Positions 11,885-25,069 of a stretch of 64,000 nucleotides of DNA are shown piece by piece. The stretch's first letter is position 1; every line of letters starts with the position of its first letter. The position numbers were made by a program, and so were the translations under genes. The notes beneath the pieces were generated by a model, which worked only from the letters and a program-made list of their open reading frames with translations, was not told the DNA's origin and ran no database searches. Source of the DNA: Octopus sinensis. Taxonomy: Eukaryota. The stretch covers positions 47,492,001-47,556,000 of the forward strand of contig NC_043013.1 of NCBI RefSeq assembly GCF_006345805.1. Reading direction: 5' to 3'.

Positions 11885-12419
11885 TATGTGTGATAGTAAT
11901 ATTGCACAGGTATTATCAGCTCTCAAAATTACTCAAAATTTCTGATTTTGCCATCCATATAAGTTCTTCAATGTCTTAATTAATGTAATTACTTGCAGTG
12001 TCTAAATGCTGGAGATTACAAGTAGAAAAGCAGTGCTTGTACACTTTCAACTCTTTTCTATTTGCTGAATTTCACCACCTCTTCCCTCCACTCATAAGTA
12101 TTTCTATGGGTGTTCTCTTTTATTCATATATCGTTCTTTTACGTGTGTACTTAAATAAACTTATTATGATAAGTCTAACACTGTTATAAGCGAATTCATT
12201 TGACGATTTTTAAAGTGGCTTTCAGCGGATATTCAGTTTAGTTTTTTTTTTTTTTGCTGAATTCGTATAATTTGCATCAGCAGATAGATATTATTTCATC
12301 TCTTGAAGAAGAAGAACGTCTATGTACAGATGTACAGGTGATCGTTAATATTTTGCCTTATTCGCAATATTCGTTCCTGAAGGTGGTTTAACCGGCTTAT
12401 CAGTAACATCGGCAATAAA

Positions 12420-12422
12420 TAG

Positions 12423-12478
<56 letters not shown>

Positions 12479-12545
12479 ACTAATGCTGCTGCTACTACTA
12501 CTGCTGCTACTACTACTACTACTACTGCTACTACTACTACTACTG

Positions 12546-12576
<31 letters not shown>

Positions 12577-12603
12577 CACTACTACTACTACTACTACCAC
12601 TAT

Positions 12604-12643
<40 letters not shown>

Positions 12644-12710
12644 GCTACTACTACTACTACTACTACTACTACTGTTACTACTACTACTACTGTTACTACT
12701 ACTACTACTG

Positions 12711-12749
<39 letters not shown>

Positions 12750-12750
12750 T

Positions 12751-12784
<34 letters not shown>

Positions 12785-12840
12785 GCTACTGCCGCTGCTA
12801 CTGTTGCTGCTGCTACTACTACTACTACTACTACTACTAT
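12420..12840. repeat. (CTA)n/(CTG)n microsatellite
   Basis: Direct inspection. Confidence 0.98.
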
Positions 12841-12876
12841 CGGATTAACCGATTCACGTGGAGTTAATAGAAACTC

Positions 12877-13208
12877 ATTAGTGAGGGCGCGTGGCTTAGT
12901 GGTTAGGGCATTCGGCTCATGATCGTAAGGTTGTGAGTTCGATTCCCGGCGACGCGTTGTGTCCTTGAGCAAGACACTTTATTTCACGTTGCTCCAGTCC
13001 ACTCAGCTGGCAAAAATGAGTTGTACTTGTATTTCAAAGGGTCAGCCTTGTCACTCTCTGTGTCACGCTGATTATCCCCGAGAACTACGTTAAGGGTACA
13101 CGTGTCTGTGGAATGCTCAGCCATTTGCACGTTAATTTCACGAGCAAGCTGTTCCGCTGATCGTATCAGCTGGGACCCTCGTCGTCGTAACCGGCGGAGT
13201 CTTTTAAG
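12877..13208 (+). mobile_element. tRNA-derived SINE, head H2 + CORE-like body + tail T1
   Basis: A box TGGCTTAGTGG, B box GAGTTCGATTCC, TGTCCTTGAGCAAGACACTT; TSD AATAGAAACTC (12866-76; 13209-19). Confidence 0.88.
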
Positions 13209-13282
13209 AATAGAAACTCGTAGAGGAGTTAACTAACTCACACAGATTTTGTTGTGTAAATTTTATGAAAAATCGTAAAATT

Positions 13283-15600
13283 ATGGAAAATTTGCTGGAC
13301 GGTTTTCTTGAGCTGCAAAATCAGCAACAGAAACTGAAAGAACAACAACAACAACATCAGATACAACTGCAAGAGCAACAAGAGAAGCAATAACAATAGA
13401 TAATATTACAGCAATAACTGCTGCAATTGCTGAAGTCATCAAGAAAGCCAGAAAGGCCGTTCCCGCCAGACTATGTTGCGATTTCAGTAACTGAATTTTG
13501 ATATGAACCTGACGAAAGAGTTACCTTCGAATCATACTACAGAAGATACGAGCAAATTTTCGAGAAAGAATGTAAAGATTGGAACAACGAAACGAAAACT
13601 CGCTTAACCTTGAGAAAACTGGCTCCAACAGAACATGAACGATACAGTAATTTTGCACTCCCTAGAAAACCTTCGAACGTAAATTTTAATGACACATTGA
13701 TATATTGTGTAAATTGTTCAGTGAAAAAAGCTCATTGTTCAACACACGTTGGAAGTGTCTGAACATAGAGAGAAACAACGACGGGGACTGCATCACATAT
13801 GCTGGTAGAGTTAACAGGGAATGCGAAAAGTTTAAGTTGGACGAATTAAAGCCAAATATGTTCAAATGCTTGATTTAATATAACGCAGAAGTCAGAACTA
13901 GAATTTTGCAAAGCTAGAGTAAAACCAACATTTAACTCTGCAAAAAGTGTCTGAAGAATGTGAAAGGATACTTAAATTAAGACACGACACAAAGGAAATT
14001 GAACGTAAAGATTGTTTCCAAGTAAAACCAGTTCAGAATAGTCTGAACAGAGTTAGTGTTTTCAAAAAACACGACAAACATCAAGATATAATCCTACGTT
14101 TTGCATGTGGTGGTATGCACCTAAGAAAAATTTATTCATTTAAAAAGTGGAGAGTTTTCGTTCTGGGAATATAGGACATAAAGTGGCATTGTAGAACGAA
14201 GATGATAAACGGTCAGAACAATGAGAAAAAAAGTAGTCATCGAAAAAAGGGTAATACAACGAACAGAAAATTCGTAAATGTAAAAAGATTAAAAATAGAT
14301 GTGTAAAATTGAAGTTCGACTGAGGTAGTGACACAACGAAAACACGTGGAAATATGTCGGTAAGCCGAAATTAATTAAATCTAAAAGGTAGCACATGGTG
14401 TTACGGGAAAAAGATCATATTTTATCGGTGAATGCGTATGTAACGTACCATTTCAAGATCAAACGAAAAAAAGCTAAGTTTTATGTATTAAAACATTCAC
14501 TTAATTTATTTGGCACAGAGTGGATAGAACTATTCATTTTATGGAATTAGTCCATAATTGTTTTGTGCAGAAATATAATCGCCTCAGTCGAAGGTTCAAA
14601 TGCGGCTGATGGACTGAAACAAAAGAAAGAAAAAAAAAACAGCGCAGTAAAGTAAAGTGGCATACATATATATAAATCAAAATGAAATGTACCGTTGGCG
14701 AAAAAATTGTCCACGATAAGAAGTAAATATCGTTCAAAAGTAAACGTTCCGTGGTCGAGACTACACATCGATTTCGTTGGTCCTTTAAACGCTTCTTTAA
14801 GTGGTAATTGATAGTTTTTCAAAATGGTCTGGAATTTGTAAGTATTAAAAACCAACCTCCTCAACTGTGATCGAGCTTTTACACGAATTGTTTGCGAGAT
14901 TTGGCATTCCCGACAAGAAAGTGTCTGACAATGGAATGCAATCCGTGTCTAACAAATCGAAAAAAAAATTGTGATATGTTCGCAGTTGAACATATAACTA
15001 CGGTGCCACAACATCCCAGATCTAATGCACAGGCAAAACGCTTTGTTGATACCTTCAGAAGAACTTTAAGGAAAGCACGGATGAGATAGCTCTTCAACAA
15101 TTTTTAAGAGTGTACCGTGTTACAGCAAATCCGAAAATACCAGCGGAGCTGATATTTACAAGGAAAGTAAAGTCAGGTTTTGATAAATTGCTACCTGGCA
15201 AGAAAATAAAAAGTGCCAGGGAAGACATAGCAAGATTCTTTAAAGTTGGTTAAAAAGTGTATATGAGGACATACGAGAACGAAAAGCAGAGTTAGGAAGA
15301 TGGTGCAATTACCAGATGCATAGGTAAAATGGTGTATTGGATGAAAAGTAGAAAAGGTATACAAAAGAGACACAGGAACCAACTGGAAAAGAGATCTGTG
15401 GAAAGCGAACCCAAGAAGTTGGAGGAACCCAGGAATGGTTGTACGATATGTTCCAAGACCCAACTTCACTACAGGTGATTGAACCGAGGCGTACAAGTGA
15501 AAGGAAAAGAAAACATACAGAATTCCTGAAAATAGATGCCAAGAGGAAACAAATATAACAGATACAACAATGACAAAAGACCATTTTATAACAGTTTTAA
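13283..15600 (+). mobile_element. Degraded Ty3/Gypsy LTR-retrotransposon interior (gag, protease, integrase; RT/RNase H absent)
   Basis: Gag-like FESYYRRYE..LRKL..EH..Y..LP and SLFNTRWKCL; FACGGMH knuckle; protease-like VKLKFD*GSD; integrase PWSRLHIDFVGP, LFARFGIPD..VSDNG, HPRSNAQAKRFVDTF. Confidence 0.85.
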
Positions 15601-15899
15601 AGATGTGCTTAAGCTTGACGGCGAAGATGCTAGTCATGGTGGAATCCAATTCACACTCCGTTTTACTCCACTACAAATATTAAGTGTTTAATGAAGGCAC
15701 GCTCTACTCGCAAAGTATAAGGCATTTGTAGGTTGAAGAAAGTTATGTAGAGCGGTTTATTGTGTCTTTGGCATTTTCTAGATGTTCTTTGCATTTTCTC
15801 GAAGGGAGATCCTGTTTTGAATAGAACGACGTTTATGTTCGAATAGTTCAGTTCACTGCGTGAATAAGAGCAGTGAGCTTGCTTGAATTTCCTTCAAAG

Positions 15900-16400
15900 T
15901 AATAATCTGTATCCAAGTGAATCTTCTTTGGTTGAAGACATAAACCTTAGAGCTAACTAATGACTGATCCATACCACCCTCAGCGTTCTGGAAGGATCAA
16001 ATCCCGAGCATATTCCTCAAGTAATAGCGTAATGTGAGTACCAAGTCTGGTTGATATCAATGTTTGCAGTGTCCCGGGTTTTGAGTACAAAAGGCTCGGA
16101 GTCGTGTTCTGTAATTATTCATGTTACCAATCGCTTACTACCTCAGCAACCCCTCCGCTGTTCGAGTCGCCAAGCAGCAGTAGCTGTTCCCGGACTAGAT
16201 TTTCCTGAGATTTTCTTCATAATTCTTCATAGAATTTGCTTTTTTGTACCTTGTGTAGAACAGAGGATCGGAGCGTAGACACTGGTGAAATTAATGTTGT
16301 TTTTAACATGGTTCTTATAACTTCTGCGATAAAATTGAAGCCAAGTTGCATTAGCCCTTACCATTCTCTTGAATAGCATCAGTAGTGCAGAGAGGGGAGA
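15900..16400 (-). mobile_element. RTE-like LINE apurinic endonuclease relic
   Basis: Minus strand across frameshifts: SVYAP, FYEEL, EQLLLLGDSN, DQSLVSSK. Confidence 0.65.
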
Positions 16401-16550
16401 CCTATTGCACGGGCAGCTGGTAGCCTCTTGATCACTGAATGGCAGATAATCTCCTGAAGAACAGTAACACACGAAAGGAAATAACAACAACAACAACAAC
16501 AGTAATAATAATAATAATAATAACAACCACAACAATAACAATAACAAGGA

Positions 16551-16720
16551 GAAGTACGAAGACCTCGAAACTGGAAGTACAAAGACTTCGAAATTGAAAG
16601 TACAAAGACACCAAAATTGAAGTATTCAAAATGTGGGTCATGAAGGCAAAAACAGTGCCAATAGTAATTGAACCATTGAGCATGATAAAAAGAAATCATA
16701 TGAACAAAAATGCAGAAGCA
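16551..16720 (+). mobile_element. R4/Dong endonuclease-region fragment
   Basis: KYKD..IEVFKMWVMKAKTVPIVIEPLSMIK follows an (AAT/AAC)n tract. Confidence 0.65.
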
Positions 16721-17714
16721 ACTAGTAACAAAATTCGTGGAATTTTCTCAGTTGTGTTGGCCAAGCAACGGTGAAGTTGATGAGAAAAGACGCGAACCAA
16801 GGACATCGTCGATAGGTTTCGTTTTATAACTGCTTCATGCAGAATTGAGTACTTCAGCAAGGATACTCTTGAAAGATTAGAAGCGTGTCGAGAATATCCT
16901 CAGGACCACAAAAATAGGTCCTATATACTCGAAGATATATTTTTGACAACCACTTCTCTAAGCGATACATGGTCGACCATCGCTAAGCTTCGGTAGAGTT
17001 TTCAGAGGCTGAATTGCTTTCATGCACAGCGGCAAGTCCTCGGTGGTTGGAATATATAGCAACCCATATACGTTGCTCTGAATCATAGTTTCGGTTCTCT
17101 TTTACCGCCCTTGTACATCAGGCTTTTGAGAAACTATACATCAGATTTTTGAGAAACCAAGAATGTCGAAATGGGATGCTGGTGCTAAGGTGTTGTTACG
17201 ATACTGAAAGAATATGAAGACATAACAATAGCACCAAGAGAAATCAGTGTGTAACAAGCGAGGCAATCCACGCAGACCAGCAATAATAGCTTTGTCGGCT
17301 GCTTGACCGGTCGCGAAGTAGTTGTTGAGGTCTGGTTTGATCCATATCTGCAGATGGGTAGGAACTAGAACGGGGTTTCAATAAGAACTCACAGAAATAG
17401 ATTTAGAGGAAGCTATTGCTGAAATGTCGGATAGCTATAAGGGTGTGAACCTCATGCCTTGCTCCAGTTTTTTATTTGACAAACTTAAAGTATCCGCCTC
17501 TTCACTTCAGCTGGCCACAAGCTTCGTCTACTGACAGCACCCCCACGGAACGAAGATGATAAACGGTCAGATGATAAACGTCTACTGACAACACCCCCAC
17601 GGAAGGCTGAGTAAGCTGCAACTTAGGACACAGAGATGTATTTGTGCGTATAATGAGGTCGCCGTTTCCCCGATACATTTTCACGCAGTTTGTCTTTTTG
17701 AGAGTATTCGTTGA

Positions 17715-17850
17715 GGAAATATAGGACATAAAGTGGCACTTAGAACGAAGATGATAAATGGTCAGAACAATGAGAAAAAAAGTAAATAGTTTGTCACCGA
17801 AAAAAAGGGTAATACAACAAACAGAAAATTCGTAAATGTAAAGATTTAAT
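17715..17850 (+). mobile_element. Second fragment of the Gypsy gag knuckle region
   Basis: Near-identical to 14165-14290. Confidence 0.8.
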
Positions 17851-19499
17851 TGATTTCAAATTTTAGGCAAAAGGCCAGCAATTTTAGGGGAGTGGGTCAG
17901 TTGATACATTGACCATCATGTACAACTTGTACTTATTTTTCGACCCCGAAAGGATGAAAGACAAAGGCGATCACTGTTCTTTGTAATAACGTCCGGCGGA
18001 AGATAAAACATTGTATTACGATTAGAGCTAATGGCGACCATGCTCGATGACTTTCTGGAGGTGACTCTGGACATCGATGACAATACACAGAAAGATGTGC
18101 TTCGGAGGACTGATTAACCGGACACTACGTACAGCTCCTGGACACACACACACACACACATACATACACACACACATTAACACACACACATATCAGAAGA
18201 TCCATACCAATACTTATTTTAATACAATGTCTATAATTGTTTAACTGTCAGCAGACAGACAGACACACACACTCCTCAACCCAACACACACAAATACACA
18301 CACACACACACACACTCACACACACACACACACACACACATTATTGTTTCGAAAACTATTCGATTCAATGGATATATCAGTTTATCTTTTATATATTCGT
18401 GCATGTGGCTATTCCTATATTCATATACATACGCATGTATGCATGTCCAAATTGCCTGTCTGTCTACCGATATATCTATTCATATATCTGTTACAGTTTG
18501 TATATATCTAATTATCTATATTGAGTTTTCTTTCTGTTATCCATTTATCTCTCCATAAATCATCTATCTATCTATTTAATTATCAACCCACCTCATTCCC
18601 CTCCTATCTGCCTTCCAAGCTATCTAACAATTTGTCTATCTGTCTAGCTAGTCTTTCTGCTTCACTCATACTCTCTTTATCACCATATCTTATACGCACT
18701 ATTTCCTCAAAAACCCAATCATTCATACATACTCATATTATCGCTCACATATTCTCTCACACTCATTAACACAACGGCACACACACACAGATACAGCATT
18801 TACCCTCTTGATTAATCATAGCGATTCCCCGAGCATCCCACTTTACACACACAGTGACACAGACACACAAACACACAGGCACAGACACAGACAGGCACGC
18901 ACGCACGCACACATACACACACACACACACACACAAACACACCTACATGCATAGATTGAAGTATATATGTGTGTGTGTATGTGTATGTGTGCGTGTGTGT
19001 GTGTGTTCATATATTTGCATAGCTTTATACTTAAAGACATACATATAATTATAACTGATGAAGGAGCTTCTCCGGGTCTGCTCGATCTACTAAAAATAAC
19101 AGCTAATCCACAAAATTATACTCAATCGTTTTCAGAAAGACGTAATTCTGAAGCCAAGTCGAGAGGGCCATGGTTTAAATGCTTTCATCAGAGGTCTGAT
19201 CCCTCGAGGCTGACCTAGGGCTAAATAACAAAGGCCCGACACATATCCAACAAAATGTGTAGTGAAATTAGTCTATGTCTGTACGGATATGTATGTATTC
19301 GTGTGTATTCGTGTGACTTCAAGTGTATTCGTGCGTATGTGTCCGTTAACATATTTGGACGGACCAACAGAGTTTTTTCCTTTGTGCAGTTCAAATGCTT
19401 GTATGCACGAATGTATATGTTTCTGTGTACATGTACGTGCAATATATACATATGCACCACAGATACTTGCATATATGTATATACAAACATTACATAAAT

Positions 19500-19544
19500 A
19501 CATATATACACACACTCATAAATATATATACATATATATATATA

Positions 19545-19576
<32 letters not shown>

Positions 19577-19811
19577 CATGTTTTCATACATACATACATA
19601 CTTACATATATATATATATATACATACATACATACATATATATACATATATATATATATATATGCATACGAAAACATACACACATAAATATATATATTAA
19701 GAGGGAGAGAAAAGGAGATTTAGGAGAATGTATGGTTGCGTACATATGTCTTTGAATATATAGCCAACATCCTTATATACATGTACATATGTATATATAT
19801 ATGTATATATA

Positions 19812-19852
<41 letters not shown>

Positions 19853-20485
19853 CATGTATGTATGTATATATATATATAATATGTATGTAGGGATATATAT
19901 ATATATGTATATATATATATACACACATGCTTGTATATATATGTACATCTACGATATGTGTGTGTGTGTATATATATATATGTATATGTATATATATATA
20001 CGTGTAGATATGTGAATATGCATATGTATACGCATGTATATGATTATAATATACGTATTACTCATGTGCCCACATTCTCTTTGTCTTCGCTTCACTCTTT
20101 ACCCCCTTGTCTCCTTTCCTCCCTTACCCCCCTTCTCACCCCCTCTCTGTCTTTCTATGTCTCTCTCACTCTCTCTCTCTGCTCTCTGCTCTCTCCGTCT
20201 CTCTCTCTCTCTCACCTTCCCTCTCCGCTCTCACTCTCTCTGTCTCTGTCTCTGTCTCTGTCTCTGTCTCTGTCTATCGCACTCTCCCTCTCTCTCTCTC
20301 TCTACCTTAGTCACCTCCTTTCTATCAGTATGCCCGTCTTTAAATTTCTCAACACTTTTCTCTCCTTTTCCTACATTCTCAGCTCTTTCTTTTTATTTCC
20401 CTACTCTTCATTCTGTCTTCCCCTGTTGCCCCCCCTCCGCCTCACTCTCTCATTGTATCTCATCATCCATCCATCCATACATACA

Positions 20486-20531
<46 letters not shown>

Positions 20532-20558
20532 CATACATACATATATATATATATATAA

Positions 20559-20591
<33 letters not shown>

Positions 20592-21531
20592 TATAATATA
20601 TATGTATATATATATATGTATATATATATATATACATATATATTATATATGTATATGTATATATATATCTAGTTATATAGATCTATACGTACAGGCGTAT
20701 ATACGCACATACATATACATACATGCATATACATATATACATATATACATACATATTAGCATATATTCCTGTTAAACATATATGTATATATGCTCACACA
20801 TAAAGACATACAGACACATATGTATGTACTAATGTATGTATGTATGCATGTATGTATGTAGAAACACGCATGCACATATTAATAATATGCATTTGTGCGT
20901 ATATATATATGAGTATATATGTATGTGTACATGTACGTATATATGCATGTATGTATATATGCATGTATGTATATATGCATGTATGTATATATGCATGTAT
21001 GTATATATTTCTCACTCACAGTTGTATTTATATGTTTTTCTCCTCCAATTCGTCTCTCAGCATTCCTCCTCCACCCCCTCGGAACCTTCTGGAAACTACA
21101 TTAAATTTAAAATTATCGATTTTCCGAATCATAAAAAGCAATATATTTGGCTCAAAAGAGAAAAATTTCAATATTTGACATTTTTATTTCATTGTGATGA
21201 GAGAATAGAGAAAGAATATGAAGAAAGCAAGGAAGAACGAAAGAAATAATTTTAAAGTACTGTGGAAAGGGTGGAGAATAATATTCTAAATGGAATAAAG
21301 TAAAAATAAACAAATGATAAATGGGAAGATGGTGGTGGCAATGGCGGCAGTGGAGGCAGTGGTGGTTCTGTTGATGCTGATGGTGGTGGTGATGATGCTA
21401 GGGATGCCGTGTGTCTATATATGTGAGTGTATATGGTAATATGTCCATATATGTATGCATATACTTATATATCATATATATACATATATATATATATGCA
21501 CACATACATACATGTATATATATATATATAT

Positions 21532-21581
<50 letters not shown>

Positions 21582-21775
21582 CATGCATACATATATATAT
21601 ATATAATATATATGTATGTATGTATATACATACATAAGTTAATATACTTATGTGTTTATATACATATATAAATATATATATACATATATATTAATGTATA
21701 TGTGTGTATATATATGCATGTATATATGTGTACGATTATGACTATATATACATATATGTATATGTATCTGTGCAA

Positions 21776-21865
<90 letters not shown>

Positions 21866-22050
21866 GTACATAAATATATATATATATAGAAACATAAACA
21901 CATATTTATGCGCATGTATGTGTCTACATACCTAGTGTCCATATCCGTATATAAGTGTATCGTGTATGTATATATATATATATATATACATATACACATA
22001 TACACACAAACACATACACACATATATATATACACATATACATATATTGT
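19500..22050. repeat. Compound (TA)n/(TG)n/(TC)n/(TACA)n field
   Basis: Direct inspection. Confidence 0.95.
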
Positions 22051-22329
22051 GTATGTCCCTACCTTCATGTTCACACATGTGTGTGTCGGTGCCGCTGTCT
22101 GCATGCGTATACGTGCGCACGGTGCTGGGTGCTGGGAGGAGGCATTTTGGTGCGAGAGGCAAATAAGTAATGTAACATAGAAATTATATTAATAATAAAA
22201 ATAAGCAGGGCGACGATAATGTTGATGATAATGATTACGACAACAACAATAGCAACAAAAACAACAACATACCAATAAAAATTTTTCTATTTCGAATATA
22301 AGATGCTAAAACAAAAAGATGAATGCAGA

Positions 22330-22833
22330 TAGTGATGATGGTGATGATGTTGTTGTCGTTGTTGTCGGTGGTGGTGGTGATGATAGTAGAGGTGATGTTG
22401 GTGGTTGTGGTGGTGATGGTTGTAGTGGTGATGTTGGTGGTTGTGGTGGTGATGGTTGTAGTGGTGGTGATGGTGGTAGTGGTGGTGATGGTTGTAGTGG
22501 TGGTGATGGTGATGGTGATGGTGGTGGTGGTGGTGGTGGTGATGGTAGTAGAGGTGATGTTGGTGGTTGTGGTGGTGATGGTTGTAGTGGTGATGTTGGT
22601 GGTTGTGGTGGTGATGGTTGTAGTGGTGGTGATGGTTGTAGTGGTGATGTTGGTGGTAGTGGTGCTGTTGGTGATGGTGGTGGTGGTGGTGGTGGTGATG
22701 GTAGTAGTGGTGATGTTGGTGGTAGTGGTGGTGATGGTGATGGTGATGGGGATGATGGTGGAGGTGAAGTGGATGATGACATTAATGATGATTATGAAGA
22801 AGAGGACGAGGTAGAAGAGGTTGCTGATGATTA

Positions 22834-22867
<34 letters not shown>

Positions 22868-23137
22868 GGATGATGATGATAGTGCTGGGAGGTGGGGGTG
22901 TTGGTGGGCGTGGATCGGTTGGATTGGTCGTGATGCTGGTGGTGGATGCGGTTCTGCGGCGGTGTCGTTAATGTGATTCAAATAATTATGTTGACGAATA
23001 TGATGATGAGGAGGAAAGGGATGTATGGGATGGGATGGGAGTCGAATTAAGATGATGATGATGATGGTGACAACGACGATGAGGAGGAGGAGGAGGAGGA
23101 GGAGGATAAAGGATGAGGATCAAGAATACGATGATGA

Positions 23138-23171
<34 letters not shown>

Positions 23172-23736
23172 GGTGTTGATGACGATGATGATGTTGATGA
23201 TGATGATGATGGTGATGGTGGTGGTGTTGATGATGATGATGATGATGAATATGATGATGATGATGGTGGTGGTGGTGGTAATGATAATGAGGCTGGTGAG
23301 GTGGTTGTGGTGGTAATGATAGCAATGGTGACTACCATAGACACAAACGAGGATGGCGATGATGTTGGTGATGTCGTTGTTGATGAGGAAGTGTACAGTG
23401 AGGAGAAGGTGGAGGAGGAGGAGAAGGAGAAATTGTGTTAGGGTAGGAGGAGTTGCAGAAGGCAGAGTAAGAAGATAATGAAGTTGATGATGAGAAAATT
23501 GATAATGTTGATAATATCTACAGGAATAAGTATGGCGGTGATAGTGGAACTAGTAAGAAATCATTCCTGCTACTGATGATGATGATGATGATGATGATGT
23601 TGATGATGATGATAATTATGAAGATGATGATGATGGTGATGATGATGGTGATGATGATGAGGATGATGATTAGGATGAGGATGAGGATGATGATGATGAT
23701 GGTGATGATGATGATGTTGATGATGATGTTGATGAA

Positions 23737-23786
<50 letters not shown>

Positions 23787-24230
23787 CGACGATGATGATG
23801 ATGATGATGAAGATGATGATGATGATGAAGATGATGATGATGATGAGGATGAGGATGAGGATGAGGATGATGATGATGATGATGATGAAGATGAAGATGA
23901 TGATGATGATGAGGAGGAGGAGGATGGTGATGATGATGTGGTTGATGATGTTAATGAAGACGATGACTTTGACAACAAAGACGACAACGACGATGTCATT
24001 CATGATGATAATGATGATGATAATGATGATGATGATCCTCCTACTCATCATCATCATGACGACGACGATGGTGATGACGATGACGACGAGGACGACGATG
24101 ACAGTGATAATAACATGATCAATAGTGATAATGATGACAATCGGTGATGATGACAATGATGATGACGGAGCTAATGATGGGGATGATGGTGGTGGTGGTG
24201 ATGATGATTGCGATGGTGGTGATGGTGGTG
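22330..24230. repeat. Compound (GGT)n/(GAT)n/(GAG)n field with higher-order units
   Basis: Direct inspection; 36-bp and 162-bp periodicities at 22388-22630. Confidence 0.95.
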
Positions 24231-24641
24231 ATGCCAGAGATAATCAGGGTGTCTATCTGAAATGAGATATAGGTCAAAGCTAGTGTATGTACACAGATGG
24301 TCGTCCCTGGAGAGAGGGCGCGAAGGAAGGTAAGTCAAATCTTTAGGCTGGAAGTTAATTGACATATGTATAATTATATAAATGAATATATGTCTGTATA
24401 CTCATGCACGCACGCACGCCTGCAAACGCAAGCACACTCACACACGCATAGATACACACACACAAGCGCACGCACAGAGTGATGAAAGCATTTAAGCTAC
24501 GATCTTCCCCACTTGTCTTCGGGATTATGCTTTTCTTGAGACGAGCAACTGTAAGTCTGTAAGTTAGCTGCTATTTCTAGAAGTTCAAGAACCACACACA
24601 CATACACATGCATACACACACATGCCAAGCTCACTTTTCAG

Positions 24642-24761
24642 TTCGATTTTCGCGTCGGAGCTGTACACATCGTCATGATTCCTGGGTAATGACCAGGAAA
24701 GTACGAGTGCAAACTCAAGTGAACGAAATGGGTTTCGACGACGGGCCGCTAGTATACTACA
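24642..24761 (+). CDS. Candidate 120-nt coding exon (unverified)
   Basis: Acceptor CTCACTTTTCAG and donor A|GTGAGT; open frame RFSRRSCTHRHDSWVMTRKVRVQTQVNEMGFDDGPLVYY; CpG-rich sequence not repeated in the window. No homolog recognised. Confidence 0.2.
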
Positions 24762-25069
24762 GTGAGTGACTCGAAATGACTCTGAGTTCAGAGACCGGGA
24801 AGAAGCTCCGTTTCGAACTTTTACGCTTTCGTATTGAGAGGTCATAGCTCAGGTACTACGGGTAAGAGGTTATAATATCTAAGGACAGAATTGCAGCACA
24901 GTCTTTTGGGACAATGTCTGCAGGAATAGAGACCTGGGGTTAGAACACACAGGAAACGTATAGTCTTGTGTAAGGATCCAACTGGAAAATTTGCTTTTGA
25001 TTAGAGTATTTGTTGGTGGCGCGTTTGCGATCTCTATTCACATGAATTTCACAGGAACAGTGGGCTAGG

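Noticed and set aside
13507-13535. CTGACGA..GAAT resembling a hammerhead core
   Set aside because: Inside Gypsy gag coding sequence; stems do not close.
16750-17500. Possible degraded LINE (TEIDLEEAIAEM)
   Set aside because: One short motif-like stretch; strand and family could not be established.
19053-19085. CTGATGA-A-GGAG(CTT)CTCC hammerhead-like start
   Set aside because: Followed by GGGT, not GAAA; no stem III or cleavage site.
24499-24550. Apparent small exon YDLPTCLRDYAFLETSN with GTAAGT donor
   Set aside because: The reverse strand resembles a dispersed repeat also seen near 19085 (CTAGAAATAGCAGC-like), and the acceptor is weak.
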